A DNA stretch of 64,000 nt from assembly GCF_964355755.1 (NCBI RefSeq), contig NC_092675.1:19502912-19566911 (forward strand). The letters run 5' to 3'. Position numbers and translations under genes: made by a program. Below the pieces are notes generated by a model. It saw only the letters and a program-made list of their open reading frames with translations. It searched no databases and was not told where the DNA came from. This document shows, piece after piece, positions 51,101 to 64,000 of this stretch. The stretch's first letter is position 1. Every line of letters begins with the position of its first letter. The DNA is from Antedon mediterranea. Taxonomy: Eukaryota > Animalia > Echinodermata.

Positions 51101-53736
51101 CGTCACGCACACGTATTCGTTTTCGTAAGCCATAAAAAAATCTGTTTTGCATGGCAATGAAATATTGATGCGCGTCCAAAATATGACTGCGATAAATTTG
51201 AGCGAAGCGCAGGTACGTGTTGCTTGGTGCTTGGCTGCCTAGCCTAGGCCTAGCGTAACATCAAAGCGAGTGAGGACTTTAAAAACTGCTATTTATCAAA
51301 ATTTACTTGGCATTTTAGTAAATTACTTTAGTAAATTACTTTCAATAAATCTATAATTATATTATAATCATGAATCTGATTCAAATGCAAAATGTGCAAA
51401 ATAGATCAAAAACTATATTCGTTTTGTAGTTACGAATATGACTGGTGATATTCGTCAACACGAATACGCTTTACGAATATGAAATGGGGATCAGCTCAAA
51501 AGTTTCACAAATGTATGACGTATCCGTTTTCGTTATCGTATTCGTAAGGTTGCGAAACCTCCCTATTAACTGCTAAAACACAAAGCAACCCATAACCAGA
51601 CATTATTAAACTTTCTTACTGCGCCGGCGGTATACAGTCATAGAACATATTAATTTAATGAATTTAATTTCTTATCGCCTGTAGTATCTCCATAGAAGGT
51701 GTTACTACTGTACTATACAGTATTTAATTACTGTAATAGGATTTTGTATTTATTTTTTTGTTTGTAAAATGCTTGAACTAAAGGCTTTAGTTTGAATGAC
51801 CACAGGGGTGTTAGCACATGCCCTTGAAAAAAAGCAATATTCAAGTAGAAAGTTGTTCATTGCCTCAAGATCACATGTGGTAATGGAGTTCGGGAACCTT
51901 TCATTTTGTGATAGCATAAAATGTTACAATTTGTTTTTAAAATAGTAAATTTTGTTGAATCAAAATTCTTAAGCAAGAATTCTGAAAACTAAGATTCTAT
52001 TACTATCAGTAAATTATGCTAAACTAACTGTAGTGTTAATAAAAGTATACAACCAATTTAAAAGTTAAAAGTTATGGATAATATAAAATGTTATCAAAAA
52101 TATTACTGGCATCATATACTTAACTATTGATGGCATCATACAGTAGTGTAGTATGTATGTGTTTTAAAATTATATTTTTAACATAAAATTTTCTGCAATA
52201 ATAAAGTTGTAAAAAACAAAAATGTCTACCTACCTTCTACCCATAATTTTTCTACATTTGTTTCCAATTTGGCTAATTTCATTCCAAATCCACAAACAGC
52301 TAAAAAGAGAGCTCCCACAAATATAACTTTACTCCTATGTAGGTGTATATAACATCCAATACAAAACAGTATTGACTGAATTTTTGCTCTCCACCATAGG
52401 GCCAATTTGTTCCCATCAGCACGCCCCTATAAAACAAACAAATGTTATTAATTGTATTTCATTTCAGAAGTAACAAGATTTTTGTGGCCAAATTATGATT
52501 GAAATCATGCCTTTAGGGCGCAAAGTTATTGAAAATATTGTTTGTTCAGAAATACAACAACAAATTGTTAATTAAAAAGCATAATTATGTAGCAGCCAAT
52601 AGGCCAAGTTTTTGTGGTCTTATTCACTTCAGGGGGTGCCAGCTGTCCGGAAATAACGACACATATTTTTGGAGAGAGATGAAATAAAATGATTTTAGTT
52701 GTCTGTAAACTTTAAACTTACATAACTTATTATGAAGTGTTTAATCAATTAATATACAAGATTTAATATAGCATTATTTTAGCTATACAGTAACATAGAA
52801 AGTACTATACAGCCTACAGGTATACATATACACAAAATTATAATATTTATTTAATACTCTACAGTAACTCTAGTCCTGGGGAATTTAATTCAACTTTTTT
52901 AAACTTACATTTAACAAACACAATTAAATTAAATTGTATAGTGGACTCAGACATTGATAATTTATAGATTTTATAACTTTGCAAGATAGTAATGTTTATG
53001 AATAATTGTATAAACTAAAGCTTCTACATTCAAAATTAATTAAAGTTTAATTAGATCTTTGAAATAAGTTTCTATCCATGACAATTAAACTTGTTATATA
53101 CATTCCACAAAGCAGACAACAATGACATCAAAGGGTAAATTCCAACTAAATACAGTATGTATAATCAGCATGTCTCCACTAATAAATATAGAGATGTTTT
53201 AATATCTACTGTATGTATAAGCTTAATATATTTCAAAAGACTTTATAAATTCACGATTTCTTATAGAGTACAGTTTCCATTCATAAGCGTGGATTCTAAT
53301 CCGCATTTAAGTTCCCACACACGATGAAATAAGTTTTCACATGAGATCGCAAATCCAACAACCGGACCAAAAACAGAAAAAGAACAAAAGTAGTTGATCG
53401 AAAAGCTCACCCTTTCTATCTCTCTATAGGCATATTCTGCATTGCACCAACTTGTTTTGGTTAATAAGTCCTCGTAACAACATTCGTTTGATGTCCGACG
53501 AGGAAGGGAATCCTGAAAATAAGAAAAGGAAAATCAAAATATGTATACTTCTCTGCGAGTACATAGCAGAGGCAGTCTGCCGCTGGGCCTAGCTAGCCTA
53601 CATCCGTAAGCACATTAACTAACTTCAATCCTCGCGATTGTTTGTCAAACGTCCCGTATACCTTTCCTATGAGCTTAATACAAGAATTGTAACAAACCTC
53701 AGATTCTCTCCTAGCTGGTCGAGCCCAGCGTTCCAT
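24191..53736 (-). CDS. PTCH: Patched, Hedgehog receptor (12-TM RND/sterol-sensing-domain protein)
   Basis: Exons 53698-53736 (tentative), 53411-53512, 52234-52426, 41538-41727, 41012-41078, 40641-40738, 39820-39928, 39493-39585, 39257-39378, 38755-38902, 38289-38420, 37531-37689, 35192-35284, 31414-31539, 30349-30467, 29506-29914, 28776-29088, 28235-28380, 27473-27650, 26879-27159, 26585-26722, 26074-26216, 24565-24889, 24191-24457; 3990 nt in frame. Hallmarks: [114 protein letters not shown]. Confidence 0.95.
27776..27915. mobile_element. MITE family B, copy 2 (inverted)
   Basis: Ends ...TGTAGACAGAGCT; reverse-complement similarity to 13435-13580. Confidence 0.75.
33055..33320. promoter_or_regulatory. 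Candidate intronic Gli-responsive enhancer in Patched
   Basis: Exact Gli consensus GACCACCCA at 33182-33190, inverted TACCACCCA at 33224-33232, and CCAAT/ATTGG boxes near 33060, 33066, 33103, 33239 and 33312. Confidence 0.55.
37889..38008. mobile_element. MITE family B, copy 3
   Basis: TTA|AGCTCTGTCTACACTA ... TAGTGTACACACAGCT|TTA. Confidence 0.8.
44424..45322. mobile_element. PIF/Harbinger-like non-autonomous transposon
   Basis: TIRs AGCCCCTTTCACACAG / CTGTGTGAAAAGGCCT; TTA duplication at 44421-44423 and 45323-45325; subterminal TTCACACAG copies; GC/CpG-rich relative to host intron. Confidence 0.85.
46139..46595. repeat. Near-perfect tandem duplication of 227 bp
   Basis: CACTTCATTTAATAATGGG...GGTACACAGGGT starts at 46139 and again at 46366; one 1-nt indel seen. 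Confidence 0.92.
47870..48200. repeat. Long imperfect inverted repeat (hairpin MITE-like)
   Basis: Arms about 47870-48022 and 48076-48200, e.g. ATATGAAAATATTGCTTTACTGTA vs TACAGTAAAGCAATATTTTCATAT, and TAGATCCTGTGTT vs AACACAGGATCTA. Confidence 0.75.
51057..51564. mobile_element. MITE with TIRs of about 50 bp
   Basis: AGAGAGGTTTCGCAATCTTACGAATACGATAACGAAAACGGATACGTCA / TGACGTATCCGTTTTCGTTATCGTATTCGTAAGGTTGCGAAACCTCCCT, flanked by ATT on both sides; superfamily uncertain. Confidence 0.85.
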
Positions 53737-53859
53737 TCTAGGCCTATCATAAGCCTAAAATCAGGCCCATTCGGTCGTATGATTCCAGTGTTTCATTCAT
53801 TTAGCACGTACTTTCTATCACCCAACAAACCTTTTTGAAATGAATGCCATAGCCAGCAC

Positions 53860-54535
53860 AGTGCGAGTTGCATTAGATTTCAACTAAGCCCCGCCCCCGG
53901 CTGTCAGACTGGCACATCTTCAGGTCAGATTTCCCTTAGCTGATTGGTCCATAGTGGGGCCCACATTGTTGATTTTACATTTTCGTGTCATTAGTTGCTA
54001 AGTTACGACGAGGAAGGCGATCAAGACCACACAAGTCAAAATGATGAAAGATAACGATTCTTTCGGTCAAACCACATAAACACCTGAACCGAACATGCAT
54101 TAAAATTGAGCCAAGAAAAATCAACATCACAAGAAACCCATGACAAAACTAAAATAAAGGATTAACGATATCACGAACTAAAAAAATATACACCCATGTC
54201 AAAATCATCTCTACCCCAAACAGAATGTCATAACAAATGATTTTAGGATAAACAGTGAAAGTTTTTAGGCAAACAATGAGAAATTGATGTTTCTGATCTT
54301 TTATCAACAAAACAACAAACGAAGAATCTTTACCGATTTAAAATTATCGTTTGCCTGTAATGTAAATGTTGCGACATGAAAATTGGGCCTGTATTTTTAA
54401 CGTTATAATAATGTGTAGCTACCGAATAAGATTACATTACGAGCAGCTACCCGCCATGTGGTCGATTCTTCGAACTCTTTAATTACGTACAGCCCGATAA
54501 TGCACGAAACCAAGGCAACTTGGGTGGGCCTAGAG
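53860..54535 (-). promoter_or_regulatory. Patched proximal promoter
   Basis: GC box GCCCCGCCCCC 53888-53898; CCAAT box 53941-53947 (minus); Gli-like sites GACCACACA 54025-54033, GACCACATG 54455-54463 (minus) and GCCCACCCA 54521-54529 (minus). Confidence 0.6.
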
Positions 54536-55764
54536 CAGCGCTATATCGAGTCGGTCTTATTAATAACTAACCCGGGTGTAACTAGACTGCCTGATAAGGC
54601 GTTAACATTTCGTCACTAGTAAAAAATTACCCCTAAAAACACTTTTTGACACAATATAGGGCATAATACGGACTAATATATTCTAAAGTTTTTCTTTCAG
54701 AATAAAAAATGAAATGAAAGAAGACACAAAGAAAGATTTGTAAAGGGCCCCGGTTTTACACAAAATTAAATGAAATACTGAAATCATTTTACAGTATTAT
54801 TTATTATTTTCCTTTTTTAGGGGGGACACGGGTCAGGTTCCCTATGCGGCTGGTTATCGAGCGGGCGAATAATATGCCGATGTGCAAAACTAAACTTATG
54901 CGCTTTTAATATCATAATTTCGTTCGGCACTGTTCTACCGTCAATCGACGTACAGGCATTGTAGATTTTAGGTCACCATTCCTGAACGTGGAATGTGAGA
55001 TTATATTAGCTGACTTGATTAAATTGGGCATCAATCGCCCTTGACTGTTGCGAATGAATCGAACAAAAAAAACCTTTCTAAACATTAGGGCCTACACACT
55101 AAAAAATATAAGCCCCGCATTCCTTCGTTTGATTCATAGGTCATGATGATTTAAAATATTTGCAGTCAATTATTAAAAACATTAATTGTTCCTGTCGCAC
55201 CATAAACTAGGCTTATGCCTACCTAAAGTTTTTATCCTAGTCAATTTTCCAAAGTTATCACAAAATCAACTTAAAAATCAGATAAAAGAGAAATCATGAG
55301 AAATAAAATACGCTTCTTATTTAACATAGTAAACTAACAGTTGAAGAGGCTCGTTTCTGTGTACTCAAACAATAAAATAATAATAACATGTAAATGGAGT
55401 TGATATAAAAAGACCCTAAGTTTGGAAAAAATCCACTGGTATGAACCATGGATGAAGCTGGGGACGCGGTTCAAGCCACCATCCCTTGACAAATCCTAGT
55501 GAAATATATATAAACATGATGGCTCTGCAATTATAAAACTAGTTCAGGTGCTTTTTGTGCCAAAAAATGTGATTTGAATCTTCGATACACATTTCATGTA
55601 TTCATGGGACAAGGTCTCCTCGGCAACTTTCCTGAGGCAAATATCGGCCTATTAATGAAAGCGTTGATTTATTCAAGCAATAACTGTGTTATGTACCGTA
55701 GGCCTAGTTGTTCTGGACAGCGGTGGGCAGCCTGAATTTCGAACACCCATTTCAATTTAGGTAA

Positions 55765-56090
55765 AGCTTGATTCCCACTCTCCAGTGGACGAAACAAACA
55801 CAAGGACGTAAAGCGTGGTTCCCACTAGCGACGCAACGCAAGGACGTAACGCAACGCAAGGGAATTGACCAACCACAAGCGATGGCTTATTTGCTTGTGA
55901 TTGCTTACTGTCTATAACTTCGCTTGTCATTGGTTAAAACGCTTGCGTTGCGTTTACGTCCTTGCGTTACGTTCTAGTGGGAACCAAGCTTAATGGCAAG
56001 CGAAAGTTCGAATAATACGAAGCTTGTGATTGGTCAACTCGCTTACGTTGCGTTTACGTCTTTGCGTTGCGTTCTAGAGGGAACCAAGCT
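55765..56090. mobile_element. Nested MITEs of family A (inner copy 55812-55990)
   Basis: Two left TIRs (55765, 55812) and two right TIRs (ending 55990, 56090); inner copy flanked by TAA on both sides. Confidence 0.8.
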
Positions 56091-57381
56091 TTAACTATAG
56101 TCTTACATTCCTTCATCACGCATCCTAACAAATTAAATTAAACTTCTTAAAAACTGTTTTACAATAATACATTTATAGAATTATAAAATTGTAGTGTGTT
56201 AGGCCAATTAACTCGAGGAATTAGTTTATAACCTACAAGTAATTGAATTGCTACGTGACGTTACGTAACATTACGTATCAATAAACGCATTACCATCAGC
56301 AAATCATGAATATAGTAGGCCTACTGTTATGTTGATGGTTTTTACCTACATCAATGTTTGAATGGGTTTTCATGCGATATTGCTTTCAAATGTCGACAGT
56401 AGACACGACATCGACAGAACGACTAGGTTTGTTACAGTTTCAACTAAAGTAGGTCTTTTACAATTGAGAAGTCATTTGAGTTAAAGTGAATAAACCAGTG
56501 GTCTGAGACGGTGGAACACCCTAGGCCTTTATGTTTTAATTCCCGTCCACGACACCAAGCCTTGAACCATCAACAATAGTTACGTGGGATTGGTGACAGG
56601 ACTGGTTAAAATTCACCGCTTATTTCAAATGACCGAGAATTACCTAGAAGTTACGTATGACTGACGTCATCATATATTACCATTTAATGTTATAACATAC
56701 GTTTGTGTTTGTGTTGTAGTGATAAAAAAAAATTGCTATATAATATAATTAATTCAAATAAGTATTGACATTCACCTCGCTAAAATAATCATGGGTCCGC
56801 CGCGCCCATAAGTATAACCGGTATGGAGTATACCATTAGGCAAACATAAATGATCAATATTTACACCTAAGTTCTGAACTTTTATTATAAATTTATATGT
56901 TCTTTTGGCCTTCTGTTGATTCTATATAAGAGACATATAGGTACAACACACGACGCAAGTGGTAAGGTAATCCGGGATTAAATGCCAAGGTGTTCACACG
57001 TACGGTGTTAGTTAATCGCGTTAAACCAGAAGTTCAAGTTTATCTTTGACGTTGTAAAAGTAGTTCGGGGTTCCTATTTATACCTTTTTAAACAGTCTTT
57101 GTCTCTGAGCGTAATCAACCGATATCTAAAACTATTTGATTCTAAAAAAAACTTCTTTTCTAAGATTCCATGAATGTTCATAGCATGCAGCAGTTTGTTT
57201 TCACAACTGTTCTAGCTATTGCTTTTAGCGTTACTATATTAATCTGTTAATGCTGTGTATGAATATAATGTATACCTAACATCGGAAGCATAAAGTACTA
57301 CAGATGTTAATAACATGATTCGCGCGCTATATCTGTACTATATGCGGAAGAGGTACAAGATGACGCGCGTTCGTATAAAAT

Positions 57382-57472
57382 AATCGAAAGCGTCAGCTTA
57401 TACGCATGCGTATTCATGTTTCCATCTTCCACATCCCTTTCTACACATGCGTATAAGCTGACGCTTTCGATT
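57382..57472. repeat. Perfect 27-bp inverted repeat with 37-nt spacer
   Basis: AATCGAAAGCGTCAGCTTATACGCATG (57382-57408) / CATGCGTATAAGCTGACGCTTTCGATT (57446-57472). Confidence 0.85.
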
Positions 57473-60400
57473 CGCGCGAAAACAATTCGCCGAGTGTGGA
57501 AAATAGGCTTTGATAAAACGCGCTTCGTGTGGTGTCACTAAAATGATTTAGGCCTATTTATTAAAATTTCTATGCTATTGATTATATTGATATACCGTTT
57601 AAAGTTATATTTGATTCTAGAATGATTCTAGGAACTGTACAATGAATGAGTAGCTGTACTGTGTTTTCCACTTTCCTATATTTTTCATTCATTCATTTTA
57701 ATTATTTGTTCTATTCATTCTTTTTAATTTAAATTGTAATCTTTTTAATGGAAAATAATAGATTACCAAATATATGCTACCAAACTCAAAGATCGTGGGC
57801 GGAAAAATGGCAAAAACTGTTGGGCGTTCGAAATAAAACATGTTCTGGATAATTTCGGTTGTGGTTATGTGGAATAGTTTAATCAATGAAAACATTTTAC
57901 CTATTATCTCACAAAGAATTAGGGATGTTGCATTGCAGAAATCAAATGAAAAAATTGATAATAATACACGTCTCAATTTTTATAACAATATTAAAAAAAT
58001 TGCAATGCTCACAGACTGAAACACCACTATGTTAGATTTGCTGACGTGATCGAATACGAAAAGCGAACATTAGCATACGGTGGAACTGTATTGAAAAAAA
58101 ATAATCAAAGTAGACCTAAAGAAAATGAATATTGATAAGAGGCTATACCGCTATAGTATTTCATTACTTCCAAGATGGTCTGTATTAAAAAGCCTCGCCT
58201 ACCCCGCTGATTCCTTGCTGTTCCTCTGTTGATTAAAGCATTTTGTTCAGGTTAATAAAGGGTCATAATAATAGTTTTCTTTTGACAACGTTGGTGGTTT
58301 TTGTGTCCCCCACCCCGACCGTTTGAAAACGCCGTAGTGCGCGACGCGATATCACGCATGCCGACAAGATGGTTGAGTGTGAACACAAGGTTGTTATCAA
58401 CGCCAAATAACAATACTCTAGTTATTTTCATAACGAAACAAGTGAGTTTGTTTAAATAATCTGAATTGACATGGACAAAAATGTATTAATGCTATTATTT
58501 TGAATACATATTAATACATACTTACTAGTGTTAAAACATTCGATAAACCATGATGGTGGTGGAAATAATTTCTGTTAATAACCAAATTGTTATAAAAAGA
58601 TTGAGAGGTAGATCATATACATTAAGATGTGTTTTATATTTTTAATTTTTGGCAGACATAATTATCTCCACTTTTCTTGACTCAGACGTGTATTTATTTT
58701 CTTTCTTTTACTATTCGGACGATTTTCTTTTCACTGATTTGACAAACTTTGTCAAAAATTTGGAAACATTTAATCCAATTCCCCCCTTTGTTTGGCAAAA
58801 ACAAACACATTACCATTGTCGTAGACCTATGTAATTGTTTCAGACATTAATTTATAGTATATCGTGTATTTTACTGATTAATAAAGTCTTAATTGTTTCA
58901 AGAGATTTTCTGTCAAACGAATCCAGTTATGCGTTAACTATTCGTAACAATACGTCATATTGTGTGACGTGATACTCGTCAACGGTGATACGTTTCAGAT
59001 CTAAGCCCAGGGGGTATGCACACATAAACCACATGAAAGAATGTAGGAAATTTAACATTTTTAAAACTGTAATGTAGAAATGGGATTCTATCTTTATACT
59101 TTAATTATCTGTTTGAAATATGATCTAATCATGTTAATACATACGGGATGTTTTGATAGATTTCTTAATGGAAAATACTTATTTTCGATTTTTGTTTCAT
59201 ATCTTGTAAGATCTACCTAACTAAATTCATTTTTTCTTAATTATCTGATTTTACAATATAATAATAAGGTGTACAGGTATAAAGTATAGTAAGTAAACTA
59301 ATGGCACTGTACCAAATAGAATATGTATGAAATCGTGAAATCAATATATAATCATGTTAAATTGAAGGCATGAAATGCAAAGTTCATTTACGATTTAGTT
59401 GGGCAGCACGAGAAGGCCACATCAAGTTCGCAGGTCGCTGCAGTGTGGGTTAAAATAACAAAGAGTGTACATTTTGTGAACACAATCTGCAGGGGGCGCG
59501 ATTACTCTAACCCATGCTATCGAAGCACGATAAACAACCCTGTTATTCCATTCAATTCAGTGTTATTTTTAGGTTGATTGATATGACAAATAGGGCAAAA
59601 TGAGATGATATAATAACTACAGTAGTACCATAGTATCACGTCTATGTTTTGTCTTCTGCTTGTTTTACATTCCCATCGTTGAACTGATTTGAAATTCCTA
59701 TGATTTACACATTTAGGCCTATACATGCTTGTCTTCTACGCTCAGTAAGAAAACTAATGCTTTGAAATCGCCAGAAATTACAAGTACATATAGACTAAAT
59801 TTAAAGTAGTATTTTAAAGTAAGTAGGCCTACAAATACAGTAAAATATAAAAAAAGCATATGCCTATATACAAGGCTGTTAGGCCTACTATTAGAGCTCT
59901 ACTTTAGGCGTCATTTTAGTGAGTATTATTGTACGAATGCATTGAGAAAAAAAATTGACTGAAAACGATCAAAAAAGCTATCGAAATTTGTGAAAATGAC
60001 CAAGTTCTATAAAATAAATTCCCGAACGAATACAGCAATTGAATGTGAACACATTCCGTATTGTTTTGCTTGTTTTAAAATTGATGTTAATCACACATTT
60101 CTAACTAAGATTAAAAAGTGTAAACGGCAAGGTTATTTCTTTGTTTTTAATTGTATATCCATTGCCACCAAGATATGGTAAAAAAAAAACCTTGGGCAAC
60201 CCACCTATCCCGTATTGTACCTTTATTTTAGTAGAAACAACAAAAATGCATAAAATCATAATTGTCTACGTGGAACATATTATTGATTATTTAATTAAAC
60301 ATTTTACAGATGAGATGTACTGTAAGTATTTTATTTATTTTTTATTTAACGATTGCATAATGTATTTTTAACCTTTTTTGATAATGATGAATTTCAAGTA

Positions 60401-61033
60401 CCGGTATTTAATTTTGTTACTGACTATTTATATATTTTTTGACGGTTTAGTTTTATATCGTTGGCAGCGACTGGCTAAGCACATAAATGATCAAATTAAA
60501 GAATGCGCTGCTTACACAATACAATATCATAACATAACATTTTGTACACTAGAGTAAAAAATACATACAAAAACTTCAAAAGACAAAAACACGAAGGTGG
60601 TAAAATACAATGCATTATACAAAAAAACAAATATAATTACTGTACATCAGTGGTTACATTTATCGTATTAAAAGATTGTAGGCAAATTAATTTATAAAAG
60701 TTATTAGAGACATTTGTAACCGTGATGGGAGGTCCCAAGATGAATGGTTATGGATCTATGCGTCTCATAGCTATTGGTTTGTGTTATCTATACTATATAA
60801 AACAATTGGTGCATTAATACTTATAATTCGACATACAATTACATGTACAACAGACCTATATAATACACGATGACTGTGAGCAAGAGACACAGATTCCTGC
60901 TGCTACCACGTAGACCCCTCAGGACAACAAGATATATCTTGTCCCCCACATGATGTCAGATACAGATTTGATTCTGAGATTACTGAGATGCCCTGTGATT
61001 TGAACTACTATACTTGGATGGGGCGCCGATAGA

Positions 61034-62097
61034 GAAATGTTTATCTCTCTTCTTTTGTTGATTCTATCTTTTTTATTTCATGGTTTAAATTTCAAGCAAT
61101 TTGTCTATATAATGGTAGGTCATATACACATTAACAGTTTGGAATTATGGATCTAAACAATATTATGATAACAACTATATCTTCCTGTTAACATGAAAAA
61201 ATAGTGTATCTTTAGTATTTAATCTCTTTCATACCTTAATATGAAAATGTGAGGCCTATTTCTCTTTATTATAGTAGTAATAAGTCAGTAGGGCGGAATT
61301 TGAAGGGAGTGGTCAATTGACCATATCTAATCTAATTTATAATGACACATACAGAATGTCTTTGGTAGTGAATTCTAATTGTGTAGGCCTAATTAACTGT
61401 ATATATTGAATCTAGGAAAAAAGGAAAAATACTGTACGATATTATTCCGCGTAATGCCTGGTTTTTCTTTTAATACAATACGTCACTGAAATAAATTTGT
61501 TTCATCAGTGTATACACTTTTCAATAAAACAATCAACGAAAGTATTTATAACGGAATTGTTAAACACTTATATGGTTGGTATCAAGTTAAAATTTGAATA
61601 TCAAAATGTTAACAAATCAATGAATGAATTAAGTTGTTTTGAACTGGATGTCATACGCAAATTCAAATTATTATTTTGTGGATAACTACACCTCCTGTCG
61701 AACTGGTTTGTAATCTGCCAGGAATGAAAAGTTAATAAGTAGGATGCGTGTTTTATGTCAATTACATCCTAATATACTGCAGGTTAATTAAAGAAATCAA
61801 AGGCGGTTTATTCAGGTAATGAAAACACAAAAGGTCAGTGCTGATGTACATTGTTTATTGTTTATACACTGCATTCACATTTTAGCTGATCATAATACAT
61901 GGAATAAGGGTACGTTCACACGTATAAGGGTACGCAACAACGAGGTGTTCGCACGGCGCTCGTTAATGAATGAAACTGTTAGTAGTTAAATAAGGGAAAT
62001 GTTTATCTCTCTTCTTTTGTTGGTTCTGTTGATTTTATTCATGATTTAAATTTCAAGCAATTTGTCTATAATGGTAGGTCTACCCATGAACAGTTTG
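61034..62097. repeat. Dispersed direct repeat of about 100 bp (61034-61141 and 61996-62097)
   Basis: GAAATGTTTATCTCTCTTCTTTTGTTG...TTTAAATTTCAAGCAATTTGTCTATA...ATGGTAGGTC...AACAGTTTG present twice. Confidence 0.8.
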
Positions 62098-64000
62098 TGA
62101 ATAAGGTTTTTTTTTATTCAAGATTTCTAAAAAAATTATAAAGATATTATTGTATAAGGCTCTAGACCGAATTCTTTACTAATATCACTTTCTTACACTA
62201 TTTTACGTTCATTTGTGTACTTTTAAATGTACATTTTAGACATTTACATGATTTTTATTTGTATCTTTAATAGGGGCCTATGGTATTACATCTCCCTGGG
62301 TTAATCAAATACCATACAATGTTGGCTGGGATGTCTCCTGCAAGTTGCCAACAATTCCTAATTTTCCATTTATAGGTTGGGAAACCCATTTCCAAATAGC
62401 TGTGGGTCTACATTATTCGGATATGTATCTTAAAAGAGTGAGTAGTAGGCGGCCTTAATACAGTTTAATATAGTTTTTAGCCTTGGGGCAAATTGCTTGA
62501 AAGTCGTTAGAGGAGACTCATTTGAAAATGCGGCTCAAATTTAATTTTTCAAATTATATGGACTACCATCGTGCCTATGTTCAGAGGCTAATCAACCTCA
62601 GCAAGACATCGTTTCCAGAATATGCTCAACATTTGCCCAAATAATACCGGTAATCATTTATTGTTTATACAATAGAAAAAAAAGAACTTAACAATTAAGT
62701 GTTATACCATTGTTTTCTGTTCTTTGATCACATTTGTTTTTCAATACAAAAAAAGCTATAAAGAATAGAAGATAACGCTTATCAAGTATAAAAGAGATAA
62801 ATAAAGTCATTGTTAAAATACACATCATTAATGGAGTAAAGAAGTTATAATACCATTGAAATAATGAATAATGCATTTGCTTTTGTGTCATCATAATTGT
62901 TAGTTGGAGGAATATTTTTAATTTTTAAATTCAAGCATTTCGGCTACCATCCATTACCATTCAAAGGCCAACGACTGTAAAAGTATGTAATGGATTTAAA
63001 ATATAAACTAGAAATTGCCAGTCAAAAAAATGTTTTTAACATAGGTTATTAAATAAATATAAAGTTTGATTAATATTTTTTTAACGAGCCTCTTCTTTTG
63101 CAAACACATGATAATTAACAAATTACATAGAAATAAGCAATCAACATCATACAGCTTTTCAAATTTAGAATCAAAATATGCCTTAATAGAATTAATCTGT
63201 ACGACAGAGTAGGCCTACATAGTCTTGGTCAGTTAAAAAGTACCAATCCAATATGTGCAAGAACGTTCTTAGTCCATGTCAAGTAGTATAGAAAGAAGAT
63301 CAAACAATGAGTATTCCTAATATCTTACCTCAGTAATGTTTGAAGTATTCCGAACTTGTGGATGTCCATGTTTAATGACGTAATCCTTAATACCAGCTGA
63401 AAACCCCATAATCTTTCAAATATCAAGTCTATTACAAATCCAGATAAAGACACTGACCCATTCAGTTTAATTAGTTGATAAATCGATCACTTATCAATCG
63501 ATAAAAGACAAAATATGTTTCTAATACTCGAATGCATTTTAAACACATTATCAAACAACAGAGTGTGCATACAATATTGAACACAAACAACGTAAAGAAT
63601 TGAAGATAAATGCGTAGAATGTACAAACTGTATAAAATTTCCACCAAAAAAAAAGTATTCGGTATACGTATACGAAATACTGTAAGTCCTGTAAAGCGTA
63701 CTGAGCTATAATTTGTTAGTCAGTGATGCTATTTTAAATGAGCACTACACGATTTCGTAGAAGATAGTACATAAAAAGCTTGTCAAGATTGCGTATACCT
63801 CCCACTTTCGACGGCATCCACGAGTGAGTGAGAATTACACCGATACGCCTGGTTGAACGACCAATGCAGCAGGCATTAAAACATTGTTTACCTCCGGCGA
63901 CCACACAAGTTGATGGACTTGCTTAGCACATTGCGAATGATGTTCATACTTACTGACCTTCACAGTCAAGCGCGCGCTTGTGGCACGATTTAAGTTTTAT

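Overview
AT-rich, intron-rich animal genomic DNA. An invertebrate deuterostome such as an echinoderm is likely, but this is inference from gene content and repeat style. It holds four genes: (1) the 5' end of an unidentified minus-strand gene whose ORF (ATG at 925) runs off the left edge and is absent from the ORF track; (2) a GT29 sialyltransferase of the ST6GalNAc III-VI type (+, 5072-7821, 4 coding exons, about 515 aa) with an atypical basic-plus-hydrophobic C-terminal extension; (3) an M3A thimet oligopeptidase/neurolysin homologue (-, 10337-18820, about 666 aa); (4) the Hedgehog receptor Patched (-, 24191-53736, 24 coding exons, about 1329 aa) with several Gli-type sites in and around it. 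The main observation is that the oligopeptidase's catalytic HEXXH exon occurs as two intact, diverged 74-nt tandem copies 57 nt apart, which points to mutually exclusive splicing of two active-site variants. Many non-autonomous DNA transposons (IS3EU-, MULE-, Harbinger- and Kolobok-like), SINE remnants and tandem repeats fill introns and intergenic space. No prokaryotic systems or CRISPR arrays were seen. All exon models were read by eye and need RNA-seq confirmation.
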